Shown: positions 28,417-38,003, counted from the stretch's first letter. The stretch: 64,000 bases of DNA from Acidimicrobiia bacterium (GCA_046537875.1 JBKHJZ010000001.1:16253-80252); one strand, 5' to 3'. Numbers and translations are program-made. Notes: generated by a model from the sequence alone, not told the origin.

Positions 28417-28626
28417 CTACTTCGGCAGGCGCAGCGACATGAACAGGATGTGCTCGCGCTCGTACTCGTCGGCCATCTCCGGGTGCTTCTCCCGGAGGTG
28501 GGCGAAGGCGGTGTCGACGAGCTCGTCCTCGGTGTCGCCGGTCAGCGTGTCCCCGCACGGGCACCGGAGCACGTGGTGGTACTGGCGCGTCGACCTGGTG
28601 TCGTCGCTCCCGCTCATGGCCAGCAC
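28417..28626 (-). CDS. Small Cys/His protein (DUF1059-like pattern CxCG...DEDELV...H...H)
   Basis: 69-aa ORF (or 66 aa from the ATG at 28617). LRCPCGDTLTGDTEDELVDTAFAHLREKHPE. Codon usage is coding-like. Confidence 0.5.
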   Translation of the reverse strand: MLAMSGSDDTRSTRQYHHVLRCPCGDTLTGDTEDELVDTAFAHLREKHPEMADEYEREHILFMSLRLPK

Positions 28627-28753
28627 CGTAGCGGCCCCACCCGAGGCGCCTTCCGGTGCGCCGCCGGCGGACGACCCACACCCCTGCCCCGCGGCCGACG
28701 CGGCGGCGCGCCGCGGAGCGGTCCGGTCGGCCCCCGGTGTCCCGGATCCAGGA

Positions 28754-29812
28754 TCAGCACGTCGTCGGCACGTAGCCCCTCGGGAGCGGCAACGGCAGGT
28801 CGTTGTAGGTCGCGATGCCCGGTGGCGCCGCGACCACGGCCGGGACGGCGTTCACCGCAGGGAGCGCCGTCATGATCATGCCGAGGACCATGAAGTCGGC
28901 GAACGTCGTCGCCTCGAAGTCCGGTGGCGGCAGGTACTCGACCCGGGTCCGCACGGTGGGCCGGCCATCGATGGTGATGGTGTGGCCCTCGTCGATGGCC
29001 CAGTCGGGCTCGAGCGTCTGGCCCTTCTTCCAGCGCACGTTGAGCTCGACCACGGTGCGCCCGCCGACCCGTCCCTGCCAGCTCGCGGCCACGCCGGCGA
29101 CGTGCCCGGCGGGGATGGTCCAGGAGTCCATGACCACGTCCTCGGTGGTCCGGGCGTACTCCGGTTCGCAGACGATCTCGTCCAGCTCCACGCCGACGGC
29201 GTCGGCCACCATCGCCACCGCCTCTCCGAACACCGCCGTCCCCGCCGCAGCCATGGGCTCGAGGCCCGGGTCGTCGATCGGCCGGCCGAAGCCGCAGGGC
29301 CGTTCCGTCTCCGGTGAGTCGTACAGCGTGGTGTCGGACGCCTCGTCGACGACGACCTTGTCGATGCGGTCGCAGATGCCGGCGAGCATGATCGCGAGCG
29401 AGTCGATCCAGCCGGGGCTGATGCCGGTGCCGAAGATCGTGGCGCCGCCCCGCTCGCACGCCGTGGCGATCCGGTCCCGATCCGCGCCGAGCCGGTTCCC
29501 GTTGACGAACGCGGCGGTGCTGACCACGTTCACGCCGGCCTCGAGGATGCGGACGACCTCCCCGGTGTCGGGCCACATCGGCGTGTAGACGACGCAGTCC
29601 GGCTCGAGGGCGAGCAGGGCGTCGACGTCGTCGGTCGCCGCCACGCCGACCGGTCCGATCCCGCACAGCTCGCCGACGTCACGTCCCACCTTGCCGGCCG
29701 ACCAGGCGTAGCACCCCACCAGCTTCAGGTCGGGGCGTCCGACCACGGCGCGCACCGCGCGCCTGCCCACGTTGCCGGTGGTCCACTGCACCACCCGGAT
29801 CGCCATGACCAT
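28754..29812 (-). CDS. NAD(P)-binding oxidoreductase, dihydrodipicolinate-reductase-N-domain-like family (paralog 2)
   Basis: IRVVQWTTGNVGRRAV start. It is colinear, with clear similarity, to the gene at 27318..28361 along its full length. Confidence 0.7.
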   Translation of the reverse strand: MVMAIRVVQWTTGNVGRRAVRAVVGRPDLKLVGCYAWSAGKVGRDVGELCGIGPVGVAATDDVDALLALEPDCVVYTPMWPDTGEVVRILEAGVNVVSTAAFVNGNRLGADRDRIATACERGGATIFGTGISPGWIDSLAIMLAGICDRIDKVVVDEASDTTLYDSPETERPCGFGRPIDDPGLEPMAAAGTAVFGEAVAMVADAVGVELDEIVCEPEYARTTEDVVMDSWTIPAGHVAGVAASWQGRVGGRTVVELNVRWKKGQTLEPDWAIDEGHTITIDGRPTVRTRVEYLPPPDFEATTFADFMVLGMIMTALPAVNAVPAVVAAPPGIATYNDLPLPLPRGYVPTTC

Positions 29813-29871
29813 CCCCCTCTCCTCCGGCGCCTCGCACCCCGGATGCTGTGCGCTTGCTTAGCAGCCGTCGG

Positions 29872-31065
29872 TCAGCGGGGCAGCCCCAGGACCCGCTCGG
29901 CGATGATGTTGCGCTGGATCTGCGAGGTCCCCCCGGCGATGGTCCCGGCGAAGCTGCGCAGGTAGCGGTCGAACCAGCCCTCGCCGTGGGCCTCGCTGTC
30001 GAGGTGGTACGGGGGGATGGTGCGCTCGGTGTGGTCGAGGGCGTCGGGGCCGAGAGCCTCGAGCACCTGCAGCGTCGCGCGCTGGACGGCCTCCGAGCCG
30101 AACAGCTTCAGGATCGACTGCTCGGTGGCCACCATGCCCTTGCGGGCCTTGGCCAGCGTGCGGAAGCCGAGCAGGCGGATCGCCTCGGCGTCGACCACGA
30201 GCGAGCCGAACCAGTCGAGGACGGCGGCGTCGTCGGCCAGGCCGCGGTCGGCGAGCGCCCGCCCGCCGGTCCGCACCAGGTCGTCGAGCGTGTCGCTGTA
30301 GTTGAGCCACAGCATCGCCCGCTCGTGCCCGAGCGACCCGGTGGCCACGGTCCAACCCTCGTGGAGGCCACCGACGAGGTTCTCGGCCGGCACCTCCACG
30401 TCGTCGAAGAACACCTCGTTGAAATCGGTGTCGTCCGGGCTGATGAGCGAGCCGAACGGCCGGCGCGTCACGCCCGGCGTGTCGGTGGGGATCAGCAGGC
30501 AGCTGATGCCCCTGTGCTTGGGCGCGTCCGGGTCGGTGCGCACGAAGGCGAGGATGACGTCGGCGTGGTGCGCGCCGGAGGTCCACACCTTCTGGCCGTT
30601 GACGACGAAGCGGTCGCCGTCGAGCTCGGCCCGGGTGCGCAGGCCGGCGAGGTCGGAGCCGGCGTCGGGTTCGCTCATGCCGAGGGCGCCGGTGATCTCG
30701 GCGCGCAGGATCCGCTTCGCCCAGCGCTGCTTCTGCTCCCCGGTGCCGAAGGCGAGGATCGACGGAGCGATGATGGCGAGGCCCTGGGGGTTGAAGCTGG
30801 GGTAGATGTGGCGCCGGTGCAGCTCCTGCTGGTGCACGAACTGCTCGAGCACAGAGGCGTTGCGGCCGCCGTACTCCGGCGGGTTGCCGGGCACGAGCCA
30901 GCCGGCGTCGAACATCGTGCGCTGCCAGCGACGGGCCCACCCGGGGATGTGTGCGCTCGAGGTCGCCCGCTCGGTGGTCTCGGCCGGGTGGGGGGCGTTG
31001 GCCTCCAACCACTCGACGAACTCGGCGCGGAACGCCTCGGTCTGGTCGTCGAACCGGAGCCTCAT
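29872..31065 (-). CDS. Acyl-CoA dehydrogenase, alpha-type subunit of pair 3
   Basis: ATG at 31065 overlaps the upstream stop (ATGA, 31062-31065). GMSEPDAGSDLAG, and a C-terminal IAGGTSQIQRNIIAERVL. Confidence 0.85.
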   Translation of the reverse strand: MRLRFDDQTEAFRAEFVEWLEANAPHPAETTERATSSAHIPGWARRWQRTMFDAGWLVPGNPPEYGGRNASVLEQFVHQQELHRRHIYPSFNPQGLAIIAPSILAFGTGEQKQRWAKRILRAEITGALGMSEPDAGSDLAGLRTRAELDGDRFVVNGQKVWTSGAHHADVILAFVRTDPDAPKHRGISCLLIPTDTPGVTRRPFGSLISPDDTDFNEVFFDDVEVPAENLVGGLHEGWTVATGSLGHERAMLWLNYSDTLDDLVRTGGRALADRGLADDAAVLDWFGSLVVDAEAIRLLGFRTLAKARKGMVATEQSILKLFGSEAVQRATLQVLEALGPDALDHTERTIPPYHLDSEAHGEGWFDRYLRSFAGTIAGGTSQIQRNIIAERVLGLPR

Positions 31066-32138
31066 CGGGCCAGGACCTCCTTCGCCACACGCGCCCGGTG
31101 CTCCGCCGAGGTGCCGAGCAGCAGCTCGCCCACCTTCGCCCGGCGCACGAACAGGTGCAGGTCGTTCTCCCAGGTGAAACCCAGGCCGCCGAAGAACTGG
31201 ATGCCGTGCTGGACGGCGACGCGCTGGGCGTCGCCGGCCGCGGCCTTGGCCATGGAGGCGGCGAGGTGCCGGCGGTCGTCGGCCTCGTCGATGGCGAGCC
31301 CGGCGAACTGGCACACGGCCCGGGCCCGCTCGATGGCGATGTGCACGTCGGCCGCCATGTGCTTCAGCGCCTGGAACGAGCCGATCGGGACGCCGAACTG
31401 CCTTCGCTCCCGGATGTGGCCGAGGGCGAGGTCGAACGACCGCTGCGAGGCGCCGACCATCGTGGCGGCCAGCCCGGCGGTGGCGGTCGCCCGGGCGGTG
31501 GCCACGCCCTCGTCGCCACCGGCGAGCAGGGCCCGGCCGGCGTCGACCGGCACCCCGTCGAGCGTCACCTCGGCCACGTGGAGGGCCGCGTCGAAGGTGG
31601 TCTGCCGGGTGGCGGTCACGTCGGCTGCGGCGACCACGAAGGCCGCCGTGCCGTCGCCGGTGCGGGCGACCACGGCGAGCTCGTCGGCCCGGTCACCGTC
31701 GACGACGTTGCGGGCCGTCCCGCTGAGGCGCCACGACGCACCGTCGCGGCTGGCGGTGACGTCGCCGTCGAAGGCCGCCGCGCCGGTGCCGCCGGACAGG
31801 ACCGGTCCGAGCAGCGACGCCCGTTGGTCGTCGTCACCGCACCAGCGAACGAGCGGCGCGTACTGGCTGGTGGTGGCGAGGAACGGGGTGGGGTCGGCGA
31901 CCCGTCCCAGCTCCTCGAGCACGAGCACGAGCTCGACCGTGCCGAGGCCCATGCCGCCCAGCGCGCCGGGGACGACCAGGCTCGGCCAGTCGAGGCCGAC
32001 GTAGGTCTTCCACAGCGAGCCGCCGTCGCTGGTGCCGGCGATGACGGCCCGCACGAGGGCCGTGGGGCACTCCCGTTCGGCGACCTCGCGCACGACCTGC
32101 TGGAGCGCCAGCTGGTCGTCGGTGAGCTCGAAGTCCAC
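31062..32138 (-). CDS. ACAD-fold protein, beta-type subunit of pair 3
   Basis: QFGVPIGSFQALKHMAAD is kept. The C-terminus ELLLGTSAEHRARVAKEVL lacks the GGTxxIQRN motif. Confidence 0.75.
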   Translation of the reverse strand: MDFELTDDQLALQQVVREVAERECPTALVRAVIAGTSDGGSLWKTYVGLDWPSLVVPGALGGMGLGTVELVLVLEELGRVADPTPFLATTSQYAPLVRWCGDDDQRASLLGPVLSGGTGAAAFDGDVTASRDGASWRLSGTARNVVDGDRADELAVVARTGDGTAAFVVAAADVTATRQTTFDAALHVAEVTLDGVPVDAGRALLAGGDEGVATARATATAGLAATMVGASQRSFDLALGHIRERRQFGVPIGSFQALKHMAADVHIAIERARAVCQFAGLAIDEADDRRHLAASMAKAAAGDAQRVAVQHGIQFFGGLGFTWENDLHLFVRRAKVGELLLGTSAEHRARVAKEVLAR

Positions 32139-32296
32139 GCGCTACCCCTTCGATCGATGTGGCTGACGGGACGACGGAGGTGAGCGTCAGCTCACAGATG
32201 GCGGCATCGGCGACGGAAACGATGTTCGCGTCGACCGAGACTGTCATGCTCTATCATGGCACCGACGACGGACCGCTCGCACCCGAGGAGCACGCC

Positions 32297-33157
32297 ATGG
32301 CCTCCAGTCCGCCCGGCACGGCCCGTGGCTCCCTGACGGTGATCCCGGCGTCCGGCTCCGTCGGCGCCGAGATCGGCGGCGTCGACCTGAGCCGGGACCT
32401 CGACGACGACGTGGTGGCCGAGATCCGGCGCATCTGGCTCGCTCACGGGGTCGTGTTCTTCCGCGGCCAGGACCTGAGCCCGGAGCGGTTCCTGGCCTTC
32501 GCCCGGCGCATCGGCGAGCCGGCGGAGTACCCCTTCGTGCCCGGCATCGACGGCCACCCCGAGATCATCGCCGTCATCAAGCTGCCGCACGAGACCGTGA
32601 ACTTCGGCGGCATCTGGCACTCCGACACCACCTACCTCCAGCAGCCGCCCATGGCCACCATGCTGCTCGCGCGGGAGGTTCCGCCCGCGGGCGGCGACAC
32701 CCTGTACGCCGACCAGTACGCCGCCTACGAGGCGCTCTCGCCGGCCATGCGCGAGCTGCTCGATCCGTTGCGGGCGGTGAACAGCTCGGCTCTGGCGGAC
32801 GTGAGCAAGACCCGGGAGGACCGCCGGCGCGACGCCGGCACCGACGCCGACGACCGGGTCTACGAGGCCGTGCACCCGGTGGTGCGGACCCACCCGGAGA
32901 CCGGCCGCAGGGCGCTGTACGTGAACGTCGCCCACACGGTCCGTTTCGAGGGCATGACCGAGCAGGAGAGCCGGCCGCTGCTGCAGTTCCTCTTCCAGCA
33001 CCAGGTGAGGCCCGAGCTCACCTGCCGGTTCCGCTGGCAGGTCGGCTCCCTGGCGCTGTGGGACAACCGCTGCGTGCAGCACAACCCGGTGAACGACTAC
33101 CACGGCCACCGCCGGGTCATGCACCGCATCACCCTGCAGGGCGACACGCCGCGCTGA
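32297..33157 (+). CDS. TauD/TfdA-family Fe(II)/2-oxoglutarate dioxygenase
   Basis: ATG at 32297 follows GAGGAG. GIWHSDTTY (HxD), WDNRCVQHNPV (distal His) and HRVMHRITL motifs. Confidence 0.85.
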   Translation: MASSPPGTARGSLTVIPASGSVGAEIGGVDLSRDLDDDVVAEIRRIWLAHGVVFFRGQDLSPERFLAFARRIGEPAEYPFVPGIDGHPEIIAVIKLPHETVNFGGIWHSDTTYLQQPPMATMLLAREVPPAGGDTLYADQYAAYEALSPAMRELLDPLRAVNSSALADVSKTREDRRRDAGTDADDRVYEAVHPVVRTHPETGRRALYVNVAHTVRFEGMTEQESRPLLQFLFQHQVRPELTCRFRWQVGSLALWDNRCVQHNPVNDYHGHRRVMHRITLQGDTPR

Positions 33158-33185
33158 GCGGTTCCCGGCCTCCGGGGACGCACCG

Positions 33186-35375
33186 TCACAGATCGACCGG
33201 AGCGACCGCGGCCGACGGGTCGCCGGCGTGGTGACCCACCGAGATGCGGTGTCGCCCGGCGGGTGGGCGCCAGTCGTGCCGGTCGGGGTCGCGGGTCGCG
33301 AGCCGGTCGAACGGGACGCGCACGGCGAACGGTGTGGCCGCACCGGCGGGGACCTCCACCCGGGCGAAGCCGACGAGCCGCGCCGGGGCGTCGGCGTCGG
33401 GCAGCTCGGCGTAGACCTGCACGACATCGGCCCCGTCGCGCCGGCCGGTGTTCCGGACAACGCCCCGCACGTGGATGACGCCGTCCTCCGGGGTGGCGGC
33501 GCTCTCCGGGGAGACGGCGACCTCGTCGATCTCGAAGGTGGTGTACGAGAGGCCGAAGCCGAACGGGAACGCGGGTGTCCTGCCGGTGCGGGCGAGGTGC
33601 CACCAGCCGTGCCAGCGGTCGTAGCGGAACGACGTCGCGTCGCGGTCGAACGGCGGCAGGTCGGCCTCGTCGACGGGCACCGAGAACGGGAGGCGAGCCG
33701 ACGGGTTCACGGCGCCGGACAGGACGTCGGCGAGCCCGGGCCCGGCCTGCGAGCCGCCGTACCACGCCTGCACGACGGCCGGGACCTCGTCGGCCCAGTC
33801 GCTGACGACGACGGCGCTGCCGGCCTGGATGGCGACGATCGTGCGGGGGTTGGCGGCCGCGACGGCACGGATCAGGGCGACGTCGTCGTCCCGGAGCCGC
33901 AGCGTGTCGCGGTCGCCGCCGACGGCGAAGCCTCCCTCCCGGCCGGCCACGTGGCCCGGCTTCGTCGTCTCCGGCAGCGTCGCCACCCACGACTCGAAGC
34001 GCTCGACGACCTCCGGCTCGTCGGCCGGCGGGAACAGGGCCGCGAGCGACGGGTCGGTGGCGCCGATGTACTCGCCCTCGTCGAGGTACGTGTAGCCGAC
34101 GACGACCACGGCGACGTCGGCCTCGGCGGCGACGGCCGCCGCCCGGTCGCGGTCGGCGCCGTCGTCGTGGGTGGCGTCGCCGAAGGCGTCGCGCAGGCCG
34201 TCGAGCACGGTCCGGCACTCCAGGTCCCAGACGTCGCTCGAGCCGCCGTCGCCCACGTTGACCATGCCGGCCAACCGGCCGAGGACCGCGACCCGGGCGC
34301 TGGCGTCGAGGGGCAGCGCCGGCGCGCCGTCGACGGGCTCGTTGCGGAGCAGCACGACCGACCGGGCGGCGGCCTCCCGGGCCAGCGCCCGGTGCCCGTC
34401 GCTGCCGAGGACGTCGATCGACGGAGCGGGAGCCGACAGGACGTCGTCGAACCGGAGCAGCGTGGCGATCACCCGCTCGACGGCGCGGTCGACGTCGCCC
34501 CAGGACGCCTCGCCCCGCTCGAGCGCGCCAGGGAGGTGCCGGGCCCGCACCATCCGGTAGGGCATCTCGACGTCGAGGCCGGCGGCGATCGACGTGGCGG
34601 CGTCGCGCAGCCCGAGGATCCAGTCGCTGATGACGAAGCCCTCGAAGCCCCACTCGTCCCGCAGGACGTCGGTGAGCAGCTGGCGGTTCTGGCCGGCCCA
34701 CTCGCCGTTGACCGAGTTGTAGGCCGACATCACCGCCGCCACGCCCCCGTCGACGATCCGCTTGAAGTGCGGCAGGTACACCTCGTGCAGGGCCACCTCG
34801 TCGACCTCGATGTCGACGGAGAACCGGGCTTTCTCCATGGAGTTGCACGCGAAGTGCTTCACGCACGCGAGCACGTGGCGCTGGAGGCCTCGGGTGAGCG
34901 CGGCGCCCAGCTCGCCGACGTGGAACGGATCCTCGCCGTAGGTCTCCTGGGCGCGACCCCACGCCGGGTGGCGCAGGATGTTCACGCACACCGCACCGGT
35001 GAGGGTCGCGCCCGTGGCCCGCAGCTCGCGGCCGATGGCCTCCCCGACCCGCTCCTCGAGGTCCGGGTCCCACGTCGCGCCCCGGGCCATCGACACGGGG
35101 AAGCACGTGGCGTTGCGGGTGACGGCTCCACGCGGCCCGTCGCTGAAGCGCAGGCCGGGGATCCCGAGGCGCTCGACCTCGCCGGCCACGAACGGTGCCT
35201 GGTGGTAGCCGTCGTTGCCGAGGAACTCCAGCCCGGCCCAGGTGGGGGCGTCGCCGTCGACGCACCACAGGCGCTCCTCGGGTGTCATCGCGGCGACCAG
35301 CCCGCGGGCGGCGTCCACCGGCGCCGTTCCCCGCCGGACGGCCGCGCGGGCGTCGTCGAAGGTCGAGATGCTCAC
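33186..35375 (-). CDS. Glycoside hydrolase family 3 (beta-glucosidase-like); no signal peptide
   Basis: 729 aa. FSDGPRG, KHFACNS and the GFVISDW nucleophile motif, plus a C-terminal fibronectin-like domain sequence. Confidence 0.9.
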   Translation of the reverse strand: MSISTFDDARAAVRRGTAPVDAARGLVAAMTPEERLWCVDGDAPTWAGLEFLGNDGYHQAPFVAGEVERLGIPGLRFSDGPRGAVTRNATCFPVSMARGATWDPDLEERVGEAIGRELRATGATLTGAVCVNILRHPAWGRAQETYGEDPFHVGELGAALTRGLQRHVLACVKHFACNSMEKARFSVDIEVDEVALHEVYLPHFKRIVDGGVAAVMSAYNSVNGEWAGQNRQLLTDVLRDEWGFEGFVISDWILGLRDAATSIAAGLDVEMPYRMVRARHLPGALERGEASWGDVDRAVERVIATLLRFDDVLSAPAPSIDVLGSDGHRALAREAAARSVVLLRNEPVDGAPALPLDASARVAVLGRLAGMVNVGDGGSSDVWDLECRTVLDGLRDAFGDATHDDGADRDRAAAVAAEADVAVVVVGYTYLDEGEYIGATDPSLAALFPPADEPEVVERFESWVATLPETTKPGHVAGREGGFAVGGDRDTLRLRDDDVALIRAVAAANPRTIVAIQAGSAVVVSDWADEVPAVVQAWYGGSQAGPGLADVLSGAVNPSARLPFSVPVDEADLPPFDRDATSFRYDRWHGWWHLARTGRTPAFPFGFGLSYTTFEIDEVAVSPESAATPEDGVIHVRGVVRNTGRRDGADVVQVYAELPDADAPARLVGFARVEVPAGAATPFAVRVPFDRLATRDPDRHDWRPPAGRHRISVGHHAGDPSAAVAPVDL

Positions 35376-35509
35376 GTCGCCTCCTTCATGCGGCAGCTTC
35401 GGCGTAGCCGGCGCGGGAACCGCCGCTCGACGGGTACGAGGCCCGGCGGGCGTCCTGCGGGGCCGTCAGTCTCGATGCCGGCCAGTGTCGGAGCTCGTGA
35501 TGTCGTCGG

Positions 35510-36253
35510 TCAGGGGAGCCGGGCCGCGGTGCCGGCATCGATCGGGATGATGGCACCGGTCAGCAAGCTGGCCCGGTCCGAGGCGAGGAACGAGGCGAGC
35601 TCGGCGACCTCCTCGGGGCGGCCCGCACGCTTCAGGGCCGACCACTCGATGAGCTGGGGGAAGTGCTTCGCGGAGCCCGGTCCACCCGTCAGCTCGGTCT
35701 CGACGAAGCCGGGGCAGATCGCGTTGGCGCGGATGCCCTTCGCCCCGTACTCGATGGCCGCCGACTTCGTCAGCGAGATCACGCCGGCCTTCGAGATGCT
35801 GTAGACGCTCGTCCCGATCGACGCGTTCATGCCTCCGATCGAGGACCAGTTCACGATCGAGCCGCCACCGGTGGGCAGCATCGCCCGGATCCCGTGCTTG
35901 GTTCCCAACAGCACGCCGGTGAGGTTGACGTCCATGATCCGCTGGTAGTCCTCGAGGGTTGTGTCGGCGAACATGCCGCCGGCGCCGATGCCCGCGACGT
36001 TGAGCACTGCGTCGACCCGGCCGAGCTCGTCGACGGCGCGGGCGAACATCGCCTCGACGTCGGCCTCCTCGCGCACGTCGCAGCGGCACGGGATCACAGC
36101 ATCGCCGAGGGTGGCGGCCGTCTCCTCCTCGCGGCCCGTGATGTCGGCGGCGACCACCTTCGCGCCCTCCCGTACGAACACCCCGGCGGTGGCCCGGCCC
36201 ATCCCGGATCCCGCGCCGGTGATCACCGCCACCTTGCCGTCGAGCTCACCCAC
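35510..36253 (-). CDS. SDR family oxidoreductase
   Basis: GTG at 36253 lies 5 nt after GGGGGAGGA. TGAGSGMG and YSISKAG motifs. Confidence 0.85.
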   Translation of the reverse strand: MGELDGKVAVITGAGSGMGRATAGVFVREGAKVVAADITGREEETAATLGDAVIPCRCDVREEADVEAMFARAVDELGRVDAVLNVAGIGAGGMFADTTLEDYQRIMDVNLTGVLLGTKHGIRAMLPTGGGSIVNWSSIGGMNASIGTSVYSISKAGVISLTKSAAIEYGAKGIRANAICPGFVETELTGGPGSAKHFPQLIEWSALKRAGRPEEVAELASFLASDRASLLTGAIIPIDAGTAARLP

Positions 36254-36353
36254 GTGCGTCCTCCCCCTGCCAGTGCGCGCCCCCCTCGGCGCGTTGACGG
36301 GCACACCGTAGGGCTGTGCGACTGCTCAGCACCACTCCGGCGGCGGCGGTGGT

Positions 36354-36433
36354 GGCTACCGGATGGCCTAGTGGCCATGCAGCGTGGCGTCGGCGCTGGC
36401 TACCGGATCGCCCCGTCGCCGTGCAGCGTGGCG
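36354..36433. repeat. 44-bp-period direct repeat: a degenerate copy of the ligase gene's 3' end placed just beyond its stop codon
   Basis: 36354-36389 and 36398-36433 match at 31 of 36 positions. The second copy encodes the last 11 codons plus the TAG of the ligase (36400..37977). The first copy is intergenic and contains in-frame stops. Confidence 0.6.
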
Positions 36434-37977
36434 CCGGGCTCGGCTGTGGCCCGCAGCTCCCGCTTGAGGACCTTGCCGGAGGGGTTGCGGGGCAGGGCGT
36501 CGAGGAACGTGACGTCCTTCGGCACCTTGAACCCGGCGAGCTGGCCGCGGCAGTGCTCGATCAACTCCTCGGCGGTGGCCGCCGCACCGGGGCGGAGGAC
36601 CACGTGGGCCACGGGCACCTCGCCCCAGCGCTCGTCGGGGCGCCCCACCACCGCGACCTCGAGGACCGCCGGGTGGTCGTACAGCACCCGCTCGACCTCG
36701 GAGCCCGCGATGTTCTCGCCGCCGGAGACGATCATGTCCTTCAATCGGTCGACGATCCAGAGGTAGCCGTCCTCGTCGCGCACGCCGATGTCGCCGGTGT
36801 GGAACCAGCCCCCGGCGAACGCGGTGGCCGTGGCCTCAGGGTCGCGCCAGTAGCCCGTGAACACCTTGGGTCCGCGCAGGACGATCTCGCCCTTCCCGCC
36901 CGGCGCGACCGATCGCCCCTCCTCGTCCCAGACGTCGAGCTCGAGGTGCAGGCAGGGACGCCCGACGCTGCCCAGCTTGGTGATGATGCTGTCCCGGTCG
37001 AGGAAGGTGTCGCCGGAGACGGTCTCGGTGAGGCCGTAGGCGTCGGCGAACCACGCCGAGGGGAACGTGCGCTGGATCCGCTCGATCAGCGGGATCGGCA
37101 TCTTCTCGCCGCCGTTGATGATCACCCGCACCGACGACAGGTCGCGCGACCCGATGTCGGGCAGCGCCATGATGGCGTTGACCATGGCGGGGGCCAGCCA
37201 GACGGTGGTGACCCGGGAGCGCTCGAGCTCGTCGACGACGGCGGCGGCGTCGAAGGCCCGGTGGATGATGGTGGTGGCGCCGGCGGCGACGAGCGTGGTG
37301 GTGGTGAGGTCGAGCGCGCCCACGTGGTAGAGCGGTCCGCAGGCGAGGCCGAGGTCGTCGCGCGTGAAGCCGAACTCGACGATGTGGGCCAGGTTCTTCC
37401 ACGCCAGGTTCCCGTGGGTGAGCATGACACCCTTCGGCCGTCCGGTCGTGCCCGACGTGTACATGAGCCGGTGCACGTCGTCGGGCCCGGCGGGCACCAG
37501 CGCCGGGGCGCCGCCCTGGCCGCGCAGCTCGGCGAGCGACGTCCAACCCTCGGGGGCCTTGGTCACCGTGCAGGCCCGGGCGATCTCGATGCCCGTGCCG
37601 GCGAGGGCCTCGTCGGCCAGCGGCGCCAGCGCGTCGTCGCAGACGACGGCCTTGGCCTGCGAGTGCTCGAGGATGTAGCCGACCTCGGGCGCGGCGAGCC
37701 GCCAGTTGATCGGCATCGCGATGGCCCCGAGGTGGTTGGCGGCGAAGATGGTCTCGAGCAGTTCGGGGCAGTTGTACGCGAGCAGGGCCACCACGTCGCC
37801 CCGTCCGATCCCGCGTGACCGCAGGCCACCGGCGAGCGCCGCCGACCGGGCGGCCATCTCGGCGTAGGTGAGGGTCTCGCCCTCGAACACGGTGATGGGC
37901 CGCCCGGGAGACCGGGTGGCGTGGTGGGAGAGCACGCCGGCCCAGTTCACGTCCACCGGCATCGTCGCGTCGGGCAT
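36400..37977 (-). CDS. Long-chain-type AMP-dependent acyl-CoA synthetase
   Basis: 525 aa. YTSGTTGRPKGV, YGLTE, FHTGDIG and SGKVLKRELR motifs. Confidence 0.9.
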   Translation of the reverse strand: MPDATMPVDVNWAGVLSHHATRSPGRPITVFEGETLTYAEMAARSAALAGGLRSRGIGRGDVVALLAYNCPELLETIFAANHLGAIAMPINWRLAAPEVGYILEHSQAKAVVCDDALAPLADEALAGTGIEIARACTVTKAPEGWTSLAELRGQGGAPALVPAGPDDVHRLMYTSGTTGRPKGVMLTHGNLAWKNLAHIVEFGFTRDDLGLACGPLYHVGALDLTTTTLVAAGATTIIHRAFDAAAVVDELERSRVTTVWLAPAMVNAIMALPDIGSRDLSSVRVIINGGEKMPIPLIERIQRTFPSAWFADAYGLTETVSGDTFLDRDSIITKLGSVGRPCLHLELDVWDEEGRSVAPGGKGEIVLRGPKVFTGYWRDPEATATAFAGGWFHTGDIGVRDEDGYLWIVDRLKDMIVSGGENIAGSEVERVLYDHPAVLEVAVVGRPDERWGEVPVAHVVLRPGAAATAEELIEHCRGQLAGFKVPKDVTFLDALPRNPSGKVLKRELRATAEPGATLHGDGAIR

Positions 37978-38003
37978 CGGCGTGGCCCCCTCCCCACTTG
38001 CCG

